Of a stretch of DNA of 64,000 bases, positions 25,501 to 37,650 are shown piece by piece. The translations under genes were made by a program, and so were the position numbers. Within the stretch, counting starts at the first letter, position 1. Every line of letters begins with the position of its first letter. Source of the stretch: Ginglymostoma cirratum (taxonomy: Eukaryota); assembly GCA_024137785.1 (NCBI GenBank), contig JAHRHZ010000046.1:7504024-7568023 (forward strand). Direction: 5' to 3'. The notes beneath the pieces were generated by a model, which made no database searches, was not told the origin of the DNA, and worked only from the letters and a program-made list of their open reading frames with translations.

Positions 25501-26349
25501 GTGATCTGTGATGCATGCATGATGCTGACAAATAAGAAGTTCAAAGTCAAAGATGAGAATGCAAGTGCAATCTGTCAAGTGCTTGCTAGTCTATTTCCAG
25601 AACACCATTGAGACAGAGTCTGCTATTTGTAAAGTCATCAGTGCGGGCAAAAGGCAGACATCCTCAATGTCTTACCCCTTTATAAATTAAAGCCTTAGAC
25701 TTATCTGCTACATAGTAGTCATGGTGGGAAATAGCAGTGCAAAGGACCATAAGTAGTTTCCATTTACCTACCAATCCCACACACTTCCCAACCTGTCCGC
25801 ACACATTGATGTGCATTTGTTGGGATCCCTGTAATTCTTCCAGTTTTTCATATTTTTTCCTTAAAAGTTTGATGTCCTTTATCTAAATCTACATTGTGGC
25901 CACTGACTACCTATCCCTCTAGCTTGCCCTTTAATTCATCTACGCTATTTCCTTCAGCTATTTGCTATGGTAGCAAGTTCCACATCGTCTCCGCTCTTTG
26001 GGTAAGCAAGTGTATCCTGAATTTGCTTTTGAGTTTCCAGTATGTTATGAACTTTCAGTCAGTACTTTTAAAATGTGGACACATTGAAAAGTCATGTCTT
26101 CTTTGGCATTTTTGAGCTCTAGACAATCCTGAGTCTCAGAACAATGTAATTAAATATGGACATTCATAGCCATCTAAGAGTAACTCACACATCCCTTTGT
26201 TTAATGATTAATTATCAACAAAAGAGAGCTATAAAATTCTGGCTGTCTTGTCTCTATTATATCCTGGATAAAGGAAAATATCAAAATTCTATGTATGTGA
26301 GATGGAACTATCAACATTCTATTCCCTTGAGATTATCCTTTATCTAAAC

Positions 26350-27960
26350 TAGAATAGTAGTCTCAAATTGCCAAGGTGCTAAGCAAAACCAGGATGTGTA
26401 ATCAACATAATAACCTTGTTTGGGAAAAACGGTGTTGAAGTAATGGAAATCATATGATGTCAAAGCCACTTTGTTGTCTGCTTTAAAAACCAGCCAGAAA
26501 CGGTTCTACCAAAACTCATTAAACTGGCTGCAGGCCATCCAAGCAGCTAAGATAATAAGCAATACTTAGAGAGTGGGAGGCCATAAACAGAAACGGGAAC
26601 TCCCCAAAAACTGACTCCAATTTTGAAATCGCCTTAGAACAAACCTCCTGTAAATTCAATTATAAGAACCTTGGAACTTACTGCAAATCCATCACTTTCA
26701 AGACTTCCACATGCTTTAAAACATTCTTTTCATCTAAGAAACAACAGGTATGCTGTGAAAGAGATTATAGATATAAGCAGTCACTATTTTTTGAAACCTG
26801 ACTTGTGTGTGCAAGTGTGCGCGTGAGAAAAGAGAGTAAATTGTTGTGTTTAAAAGTCCATGGTAAATGTGTGATAATAAGTAATTTTTACTTTTAAGAA
26901 TTAGCCAAAGTGTTTGCTGCAGCAGTTTTTTTTAATTGGGATGTCCATTCAGAGAGGAATAAAAACACACACAATCGTTGAATGCAGATATCCTAGTCAC
27001 CAGCAATAAAAAAAATGTCTATTATGTTCTGTTTGGAATGTTTATGTTTATGTTCTTGGTGACCCTTTCATATTGATGGCCTCTAGTTATGTGCTTTCTG
27101 ACAAAAGGACACCTTTTCTCCAATGTACATCTCAGAGCGTGAATGTGATGGGAGTGAAGATAGCAATCTAAGTGAAATACATGTTGTGTGTTTTCCCCTT
27201 TCAAGAATATGGAAGAACAAGGGCTAAAATCCTGAACAATCATACACAGTGTGTTATCGAAGAAGAAGTTGTGCTAGTGAGTTAAGGACTTGCAAGAGCC
27301 AATGTGCCAAAGTATTCATGTCTGCAAGTGAGCTATGTACAAAGCCTGCCTTCAAGTGTTAGTTTGCTAAGAAGGTTGCAGTCAATGAACCATCCATTAG
27401 TTGCCCCAATATTGCAGGTAAAAGACTCTTTCTCACTCTCAGTGCTGGAAACCAGATAACCAGCAACCTACTTAAAAGGACACAGGGCAAGAAGGAAGAT
27501 TGTTTTGCTCTGAGTGCTACCAGCCAAACTCCAATTAAAAAAGAACAGGACAAAAGAATTCCCAAAATAAACCAGTGAACTATTGATATTATCCCATCTA
27601 CTGCACATAAATGACCTATAGATACGAATCTATGTGTCTTCTAACTTTTATTTCTTATTTTGGACTTACTTCTTATTTCTAATCTCTGTACATGTGTGTT
27701 GCATTATTATTTCCTCTTGTGTTTAGTAATTAATAAACAAACCCTCAGGAAAGCCTGGTTAAATTGGCTCCTTTTAAAACTTATACTGATTCGGTGTGGG
27801 AGGAAGGTATTTACAAGGGAAAGAACTCTTTGTATGTTAACCTTGTTGAGATGAACCAAGGGGATGGGTGAATAAAGAGGGGAGGCAATTCATTCACCTT
27901 CAGCTGGGAGCTCAATAATTTGGCATAACCCATCAGGAGCTGTAATAACTTGGGACACCT
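26350..27960. mobile_element. Possible one or two solo LTR-like sequences
   Basis: Two blocks, each ending in tgtg-rich sequence plus an aataa(a/g) signal (~26800-26890 and ~27690-27740). No coding remnants and no verified TG..CA ends or TSD. Confidence 0.3.
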
Positions 27961-29079
27961 TGCCCATGGACTGGTTCAATCAAAATATTTCACAATTTTA
28001 AAGTCCTCAATTAAGCAACTCCTCCACCTATATTTTCTCAAGAGAGGATAGATTTAGCTTGGCAATTTTTTTTCCTGATAAGTAAGCTCATATATTTCTT
28101 GTATTATCCTTCTAAATCTCCTTTGCACCTTCTCTAGTGCTTTTCTCTCCACTCTAGGTGTAATATGTGCTTTGATAGGTCACAGCAACCATTTCTGTAT
28201 TTCATTCAAGTCGTCCTTCCTTGTTTGAGATGGCAGACACTAAAAGATTAGTTTTCCAGTCAGCATTATTTGTACTGGTTTATCACCATTTGTATTGAAA
28301 CATGACTGATTGAAAGTTCTAGGCTTCAGACTCAGAAGTTACTGCACAAGTGGTTCATACCAGCAAAGCCTAAACCTGTCCTCACGTGCTGTCCATGCAT
28401 GTTGCACTCACTTCGCATTTCAGAACTTTTCTAAAACTAACACATAGCATATTTGGAAAAGAAGGTAAGTAATTGTTAATAAAATGTATTATTGTGTCTC
28501 CCAGAATGTGCTTTACGGTCAATGAATTGCACTTAAATACAGTCAATACTTAAATATAGACAAACATAGATGCCATTTTTGCTCTAATAATACCTCATGC
28601 CAGATCATCTGACAAAATCTGTGTGGCACTGTCTTTATTATCTCAAATTGTTCCAGTCGTGGAGAATACCTTACAAACAACACAACTTTTTTTGCTATGT
28701 TTGTTCTTAGGATGCCATCATAGCTGGCAAGACCAGTTTGTTTTACCCATCTCAAATTACTCCAGTTAAGATAATGGTGATAAGATAAGAACTGCTGCAG
28801 GCTGTTAGGTATAGGTCTACACCCGGAACATTTTTATTTGTGATTTAATATAGCTTGGGTAACTTTTTATGTATTGGTTGACAAGGCAGCCGAGAATCAA
28901 ACACATTGCTAGAGACAAAACAAGGTAACAGACCTAGCAGACTTGGGATTTTACAATAATCCAGTATTTTTGTGATGATTACTAATGAGATTGCATTTAA
29001 TGCAGATTTATTCATTAATTCAACTTTACTCCCCCCAAATTTTTGTGGTGGAATTTGAATTAGTGAGCTGAATTTTCAA

Positions 29080-29790
29080 AGTGGCATTGGAAACTGCAGA
29101 AATTGAACTGAGTTTCCTTGTGTGAATCACAAAATGTTGTCATGCAGACTAGCAGATAATTGGAAAGGTTACTGGAGTGTAACTTTGTCATTTATTACAA
29201 GGGAGGAGGTACAATATAAAAGCAGGGAAATCTTGTTCCAACTGAGACCCCAACTAGATTACTGTGTATCCTTTCAGGCTCCTTATTTAAGGTAGGACAT
29301 ACTTGAGTTGAGTGTAGTTCAGAGAATCAATGGACTGATTCTTGCGATGACCAGATTACCTTATGAGGTAAGGTTAGGCCTTTGCTTGTTCGAGTTAAGA
29401 AGAATGAGAGGTGATCACATTGAAGACTATAAAGCTCTGAGGAGTCTCCAAAGTGTAAATGCTGAGTGAATGTTTTGACTCAGAATCCAATGTTATGGAC
29501 ATAATTTTAGAATAAAGGTCTCTCATTTAAGGTGGAAGTGGAGACAGGTATTTTTGGTTGTTAATGTTTGGAAATTACTACCTGAGAGAGCAGGGAAGGC
29601 TGGCTTATTGAAAATATTCAGGTCTGAGTTAGACAGATTTTTTAATCTAAATGGAAGTCAAAGATTATGGGGAGCAAGCAGGTAAGTGGAGTTGAAGTCC
29701 CAATCAGGTGAATCATGATCATACTAAATAGTGCAGCAAATCCAAGAGGGAAAATGTTCTAGTCTTGTTCCTTTTGTTTATGTTATTTTG
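29080..29790 (+). mobile_element. Old CR1-like LINE fragment
   Basis: RPQLDYCV motif (agaccccaactagattactgtgta), RRMRGDHIE.YK motif and a CR1-like 3' end. Confidence 0.7.
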
Positions 29791-30671
29791 TAATATGCCT
29801 GTAATTATTTTCGTTTCAGTTTATTTTTGTCCTTTTCTTCATCAACATTTTGTCCAGCTCTTTTTTTAAAAAAAGGTAATCACCAAAACTATTGTTAACA
29901 GGAGTCTGTTGCAAACATCTATTGCCCTGGTTTTCATTTCTAATTTTCATTTTAACATGACTCTTGCCAATTTTTACTCAAGCCTTTGTTGTGTGATCAT
30001 ATTTTGGCTTAATAAAACTGCATGCATTATTTATACTGATTGGAATTTAAAGATCTGGATCAAGTTCTTGTTCAGTCTTTTCTCTTTTGAACAGAAATTA
30101 ATTTCTTAACCTTGTGGATTATTTTTAAGAGCTGGAATCATCCTTGGCATTTTCTTCTGAACTCTCTCCAAAGTGCCAATATCCTTTTGAAGGCAAGATG
30201 TCCAAATTAGTCACAATGTTGCAGATTTCTTTTTTTAACTCTTTACTCTTTAGAGTGCAGGAATTGAAAAATCAACTGAGTCTAAAATACGTTGCTAAAT
30301 AATTGATGTGATTGACAGTAAGACACAACAGAGTTACTGATAAAGATGCTCACAATCTGATTTGGGTGTATAATTCAAAGGCCAGAGTGATCAATTTTGT
30401 TCTGGGAGACAGAGTGCTCATTTTTTAAAAAATTGACATCTTCTTTGAACTGTTACTTGTTCTGTTTCCTAGAAATCATTACCAAATGGCTGCTTTCAAT
30501 TTTTTTTATTCCCTTGCTGTCAAAACACCTTACCAGTAGATTTCCTCTTTCTCTTTCTCTCTCCTCTTTTCAGACAGTTTGACAGCTATCTTTCTTATTG
30601 TGTCCATATTTTTAACTCAGACTTAAAAAAAGTTTGGCACGTTGGTCTTTCTTCACCAGTTTGAAGTATTA

Positions 30672-30775
30672 ATGGAATTCTGAAGAAGAGCCATTGGAAT
30701 GGAAACTTAACTCTGTTTCTCGCTTCACCCATGCTGGCGGACCTGCTGAATTTCTACAATATTTTCTGTTTTTGA
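30672..30775 (+). mobile_element. Penelope-derived short repeat arm with degenerate hammerhead core
   Basis: gaattCTGAAGAagagccattggaatgGAAACTTAactctgtttctc...gacctgctgaattt, the same family as 8815 and 62981. Confidence 0.65.
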
Positions 30776-33700
30776 AGCAACAATGACATGCCTGAATTAG
30801 ATCAAGCATGGAGGCTTGCCTTGTGATTTTTACTAAGCAATCTGTAATCTTTCCTTTGCTGTTAACCAAACTATTTCTTTATTTACCAAAGATTCTAGCT
30901 TCTTACTTTACTCTTTCCTAAGGCTGTATTTAAAAAACCACAGTGAAAAGCCTCAAATGTTTGAGTGTGGTGTTATCAACTGTTTTGCAAGATGAAGACG
31001 TATGGTTTAGTCTGATCATCAAATATCTTGCATCTGGAACTTAGAGTGATCTATAAGGAACTCACTTTGATCCGATGCACAGCGTACAGTTAGTAACCAA
31101 ATCCATCTCCCCCTTCAATAAGCATTCACCAATCTCTACCCATGTGTTCTCTCCACTGTGCATTTTCCACATTAAAAGTTAGCTATCGCTCTTGGTCAGT
31201 CTATGCAGATTGTCTATGCTTTTCCACTAATCGACTTCTTTAATATTAGCCGCTTGTGTCGGCTATGAGTTTTATTTTAACAGAGTCCCATGTAAAATGT
31301 GACGTGATCTTCTGATAATTCAAAATATTTTTAACATTTTCTACTAGATTTATTTATTGCAACTGAAACTATACCTCCTTTTCAATCTAACTGGAAAAGT
31401 CTGGAAATGTATAGTAGATCCGTTTGGGTCTTAAAACAAAAGGGGGGAAATCTAAGTATTCCAGTTGGAACCTATTCTCAAATCAAGGATTTTTTTCTCT
31501 GTCCTTTTTGTTTGCATTGCTTGCCGTTTTATATTCTGACTTCCCATTTCCATGATAGTCTGCATAGTGTTAGCACCATGGCGATGTTTTAAGGTGAATT
31601 TGTTTGTGGGACTAACACTATTTTGTCGAAACCCAGAGTTTATTTCAAATGTTTTTGGTTATTAATTCATTGGGTGAAATTGTACTGGAATGATTCCACT
31701 TGGAAAGAATCTGCTCTGGGATGCGGGTACAAAACGTGTATTTAGCAGAAATTTAGATCAGTACTCGTTCATAATTCAATAAATACCGAGCTCTATAAGC
31801 GGAATTATTTAAAAGGTGAAAACAAGTGGTCAGGAGTCACTTTCCTGAACATGCAAGTGTAGATGTACAATCCGTGGAGAGATCTTGCGTAAAACTAAAA
31901 CGATTGACCCGAATTTCTGCATATATTCTATCGCACATTACACTGTAACTAATGCTCATCTTCCCGGTCCACTATGTGCTGGATAACTTGTAGAATTAAT
32001 TTCTTAATAACATAAACACATTGGCTGACTCTGCAATGAAAACAGCTGACATATTAAAAAGAGGTTGACATGAAATTGTGTTGTTTGTGCGCCTGGTACA
32101 TTTTCTCTGCATTAAAAACACAGAGAACAGCCAGGTACATCTAATAGTCTCACTTCTGGGAAGATCTCACCGGGTCTGATATCCATCATCTCCCGCAAAT
32201 CATAGGAATATTGTTGCTGAGAAATGAAGGGAAGAATCAGAAATTAATTAAGGGTCTCATTATTTATCTGCTGACAACATTTCCGTTTAGGTAGGCTAAT
32301 CACGAAAAGCGCTAATGAACGCTACTTCTTTCCGGTTATCCTTAGCTTTAATATCTCGTACGTTTATAGAGGTCTGAAATATTTTTCTCAAGCTGCTTAA
32401 TAGCTGACAGTTAATATTTCAGTGCCCATTCATAACTCGGATAACACCAGGACCCCTTGTTTCATTTCCTTTCCAAACATTAATCTGGAGAGAGTTTCTA
32501 TTTATCTGGGATGGCCCCTAAATTAGCTCCAATGTGCCGAAACGTTTAGCAATAATTAAAAAAAAATACGTCTCGGGTCACAGCTGCGACTAAGACAGTG
32601 TAAAATGCTTCGTGCAAATTCAGATGGATGGCAAAAACAAAATTGAAAAAAAAAACAGAATTCGTGCAATGGGTAAATAGATTAAGTTAACGTTACTGGT
32701 GTATCAGATTGGCGTTTCTCAGAGCTAGTAGTAAAGGTAGGAGGGTGGATTAGTGAGGACCGGTTCTTCAAGAATCGCAAAGCTTGCCAAAGTCCAGTGT
32801 AGGGGGACGCACTTCATTCTCGGGTGCAATAGGACATTTTCAAACTGTAGGGAAGAGGGCACGGGGCAGAGCCATCTGCTGGATATTGCCATCATTGCAG
32901 CCTCTCATGTCGAGTTCCGGCCGCTACAGTTACCAAGGGGAGGAGGGGTGGTTTGTAAACAGAGAAAACATCAGGGAGAAAGCTCCCTCTGATCTGACTG
33001 TGTACCGCCAAGCAACTGAAAGATAAGTGGATCACGTTGAAACAGATAAACAGACAATAACGCCTAGTTGTCTGCCTGCCTGCATTGTAATCAGAACCAT
33101 CAAAAGAAAATATTAAATCTGAACGGCCCGACTTCTGAAACGTAGAGGGGATTTTTCCCCTCTCGACAACTGATGCAGACAAAAAAAAATCATAAATAAC
33201 AGGGCGTCGCTGTCTGGTTCTGCGAATATTTGCATACACTTCGAAGTTACCGGAAAAAGCTTAAGTTTATGAGAATAATTAAATGTTTTTGGGTCAATGT
33301 TGTGTCTCATGCTTGACTGCTTAAGGTCATTTTGGATATAATGAAACAAAATCACCAGCAGTTATCTCAGTCTTAAATAGTACCGGAATTCCACCCGAAT
33401 TAAACTTTACAGTTAAACTTTGAACACGTCTTTCTTAAACGGCAACCCGCTCGGTTAATTCGAGGTCCGAGTCTGTCCCCCTTTTCTAACAGAAATATTG
33501 CCAAGTATTCAAGCAGCCGTTCACTAATCCAGCACATTATCGATTTCTACGCTACTTTGATGTACAGTGTTACAAACCCGAATGTCTCTTGATAAATTCC
33601 TGTAACAATATACGGCGCGTAAATTGGTATAATGAAAACCGTCTTCTATATTCTCCTGAAAAATGTTTCTGGTACAGTTTCATGACAAATTGGGGAAGAG

Positions 33701-34271
33701 CAATTGGTCGCGCCTCCATTTGCAATCTCTTATAAAAAGCACAACGTATCATCAAACCAGGCAGTTATCTAAAGGCAGCTAATCAAATGTACCTTGCTAT
33801 TCCTTTATCTGCTTGTTAACAAAATTGTTATCTAACTCCCCTAAACATCAGCATTACTCTCCAAGCCTTTATCGGTAATGAAAGTGTTGGAGCCTATCAA
33901 TTAGTCCAAAGGCGTTTATTATATAAAGGAGAAAATCAAATGTTGTTCTATCCACCTTGTCAAAAGTTTTATTAAGAAAATCGGGAGAATGTGTTTACAA
34001 TTGTGTAGTCCTCCTATTTCCCAAAATCCCTGAATTCTGAGTGATTTGTGTTTTGAAATAATTTAGGAATCCAATGGGACGGGCAGGTTGCCCGTTAAAG
34101 CAGTGCATTCAATGGTGAGAATTGAATGGCCGGTGGAAGAGAGGTAAAAACAGACTGTTCCAAATAAAAATGTCATATCCAAACATGTGCAAATCAATGC
34201 AGTCAGGACTTGTATTTAAAAACCAATACATGCGCACACCTTGTCTATTGTCCAATTGCGGGCTGATTAAT

Positions 34272-34480
34272 GTCAAAAATCACACACCAGGTTATAGTCC
34301 AACAGGTTTATTTGAAGACACAAGCTTTCGACGTCTCACTCCTTTTTCAGGTGACTGACACCTGAAGAAGGACCGAGGCTCCGAAAGGTTGTGTCTTCAA
34401 ATAAATCTGTTGAATTATAATCTGATACCGTGTGATTTTTGACCTTGTGCATCCCAGTCCAACACCGGCACCTTCACATC
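34272..34480. mobile_element. Palindromic Penelope-derived element (second family) with back-to-back hammerhead cores
   Basis: Imperfect inverted repeat with ~85 bp arms centred near 34356. The + arm reads gacac-CTGAAGA-aggaccgaggctcc-GAAAGGTT-gtgtc (34357-34395). Confidence 0.75.
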
Positions 34481-34871
34481 AGGACTGATAACGACAATGG
34501 CGACGATGTGTCTATCCAATAAATGTTCACCGCTTAATGTTGGATACATGGAGATAAACACGCTATAAGAATACATTTATATAAGCGCGCCCGTGTCTGT
34601 GAATTTTGTATTTCAAACTCCATCAGACGCTAATGAAGATTACTAATTCAATGTATATTGCATTGCAGTATTATAGACTCGTACAACAGGTCACTAAGCG
34701 GTTTAGACTTTGTTTGGGGGATTTCCTCACTGTAAAACCGAACTGTTTCTCCCGGTTCTAGGCTGATTATTATAAACGAGCTGGCTTAACCAGCCGTTCT
34801 GTTCTGCTTTGAAAAAATTGTCCTCTTTATTTATCGAAACGATGTAAAGTGTATTTCTACTGGAAGGGTTT

Positions 34872-34888
34872 TGTGCGTGCGTGCGTGC

Positions 34889-34923
<35 letters not shown>

Positions 34924-34945
34924 TGGGGGGTGGGGGGGGGGGGTA
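34872..34945. repeat. Compound microsatellite (TGCG)n(TG)n(GA)n plus G tracts
   Basis: Directly visible. Confidence 0.9.
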
Positions 34946-37537
34946 AAATAAGACCCAAAGTGTAAACCTGTTCAGTGGCCGATGACTTTGTGGCGACCTT
35001 TTTGAGAATGGCCTATGCATGCGGAATAATGGTCTCCTTACAGACATGGAAATGGCTTAGTCCTATCGCTTTCTCCATGGCAACGATCAAAGTCATAATC
35101 TAGGAGGGATAAATGAGTTATGAAAACGCAGAAGTGAAGACGGGATTAACCCGATCCGTGGTGCAGGATGTCAATCAGAGATCCTCGCGTCGTTATTAGC
35201 TTTTTCCCTAACTCGTCTGGTTTTAGTTAGTTATTTTGGGGGCTGGGGGTGGGGGAACACTCCTCACAACCCCAAGGGGATAACTTTTGCACTCATCTCT
35301 TTCGAATGCACGGTGTCAAGGCCCATGGTGCTGTCAAGGACCTTACAATCTCCCATGTGAGCCTTTTGAACGACTTTAGAAACCAATTTACCGACAGATA
35401 TGCCGTTTATTTATTGGAGATTATTTAGATCATTAGATGCTGGCGGCGTTCAAATCTTACGGCGCTTGGAGCCCGTTACACCCCCAACTGAGAGAAATTC
35501 TCGCTTTAACCCTTTGAGCTCGGATATTGCTCCAATTCAGGCAACAGACCACTGGAGGACCTGTGTAAAAGAATACATTGCCCCAAGTGAAGTCTTTCTG
35601 TTCTCCCCGTTACTATTGCAAATCGTGTGTGTTAGTATGTACTCAGATTGTGAATCCTTGTTTAATGATCGGTAATAAATGGCGCGCCTGTTTGGAGAAC
35701 TGACCAGCAGATAAAACATTCAGGAAGCTAATTATGCGAGCCCCACTGAGTGGATGTGCCATCTGCAAGGAAAATATTGTCTGTGTGCCCCCTCAATGGG
35801 CACTGTGATCCTCAAGGAGTGTTTTAAGTTGAAATCTTTGTTTGCCCTGTCCTGTTACTTGTGAATCCCTTCCACTATAGGGGCCTATCCACTTCTAGGA
35901 TAAATTGGGACGTTCAGTCGACATCACGCCGCGCGAATAATTAATTCATCGGTTAAATCGATAAAGATATTTAAACAAGACACGGTGAATTTGTGTCTGC
36001 ACATGTTTTCCAGATTGTTTATCTCCTTAAAAAAGACGCATGTGCGTTCCAGTACAGTGTATGTAGAATATACTTGCTTATATCTCAATAAGTGTGCATG
36101 CAAACCCATCACTGGATAAATCCATATGAAGCAGAAAGATATGTGGGTTTACTCCAATAATTTATACCTAGATGAAAATTCAAACTCAGATAAAAAAAAC
36201 TTGCTTCTTCTTTGTCAAGAATTAAATTATTAACTTCCAACAATGTCACATATACCATGTCAATGTTTAAACATTCCTCTCGCCAAATTTGTCACTGAAC
36301 GGGAGTTTCGAATGTGTGGCGTTCACTTGCAGTTAATGAGACCAGTTAAAATCCTGACGAGTTTATCTCTTTTAATATATAATATATATTATTCTGTTTA
36401 TTTAAGCGGGGTCCAACCCACGACAGGGCCACGTACAGACCAAAAAAAAGTAGTTTACGAAATACTGTGACCCCCCTCTTCCATTTGATATTGGGGTCTG
36501 TGACACTCATTGAGGATTTCGCAGCTATAAGTAAAATTCGGACAAGCTATGGCTGTAACCAAAGCCTCGTGAAATGGGGGCCATCAGCAAAACCTGATAG
36601 CTTCAAAGTTGGACTCTGTAAGGAGTTGAGGACATACTAGCCGTGTGGAAAGGCAGATTCCGAGCTAACCACCGACAAGACGTCGCCAAGCGGGGTGTAA
36701 ACGCTAAACGACCTGTATTTGTTCCAGCGATTGCAGTGAAACCGAGTCCCTTTTCAGTGGAGTTCCCCGACTCTCCACAAACAGCCATTCACTAAGCCGC
36801 TTAAATACGCTCTAATAATACTTTAATGAATTCCCGAATGGAGTAGAACTGAAAGCAGCCTACACAGTGCGGACAGCAGCACCATCAAAATCACAGCATT
36901 GTTAGTGCTGCACCAATCATAAGTAGTCTATTAATTTTAAGTAATGAATATTTAAACATATCTTCCAAATTTAGTTTATCAGTGCAGGGCTACAGAATAA
37001 ATTATTTAAAGAAAAGTACCTGTATCACTTTGTGCAATTCTAATGTTACTAAATATTTCTTAATTTCGTGCGAATTATGTAAAGGTACTTCAAAACGACC
37101 AGATCAAGGGAGATTATACAAAGATGAAGCATTGATCTAGTTATCACGTGTATGAGCAGTAGATGCAGTGGACATTAATTCTCATTTCTCATGATGTTTT
37201 CCTTTTCATTCCGGTGGGAGCACTGCACTTACCTGCCTCTGTTTATTAAAGTTAACTCGAGTGTCCCTCTTAGCATTTGCATGGTGCAAACTTTTACTGA
37301 AACATACTGTACATTAGCAATGTATTGCGGTGGGGTGTGGTGTGTGTGTAAATAACTGCTGCACAAACTTGCATTGCCCTGATTGTTACTGCGGTTACAA
37401 CTACACCTAGGTATATTGGTCAGTTTCCGCTCCTTTGAGTGGGCATGCTACTAAAATGACCACCCTCATTTGGTAAAGAACCTAGTTCTGGGATGCCCCT
37501 CAGTGCTCAGAGCAACAACTTTGCCAGCTTCAGAAAG

Positions 37538-37650
37538 GACATAGAACAGTACAACGCAGTACAGGCCCTTCGGCCCACGATGTGGTGCCGACCTATAATC
37601 CTACTCTAAGAACAAACTACCCTGCGTATCCTACATTTTACTATCATCCG
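37538..37650 (-). mobile_element. Short CR1-type 3' end fragment
   Basis: catagaacagtaca...acaggcccttcggcccacgatgt is the reverse complement of a CR1/HE1-type terminal stem-loop. Confidence 0.6.

Noticed and set aside
24954-25611. Overlapping ORFs of 66-144 aa, and a possible tRNA gene at ~25195
   Set aside because: All derive from SINEs; the A/B boxes belong to an HE1-like SINE head with no full cloverleaf.
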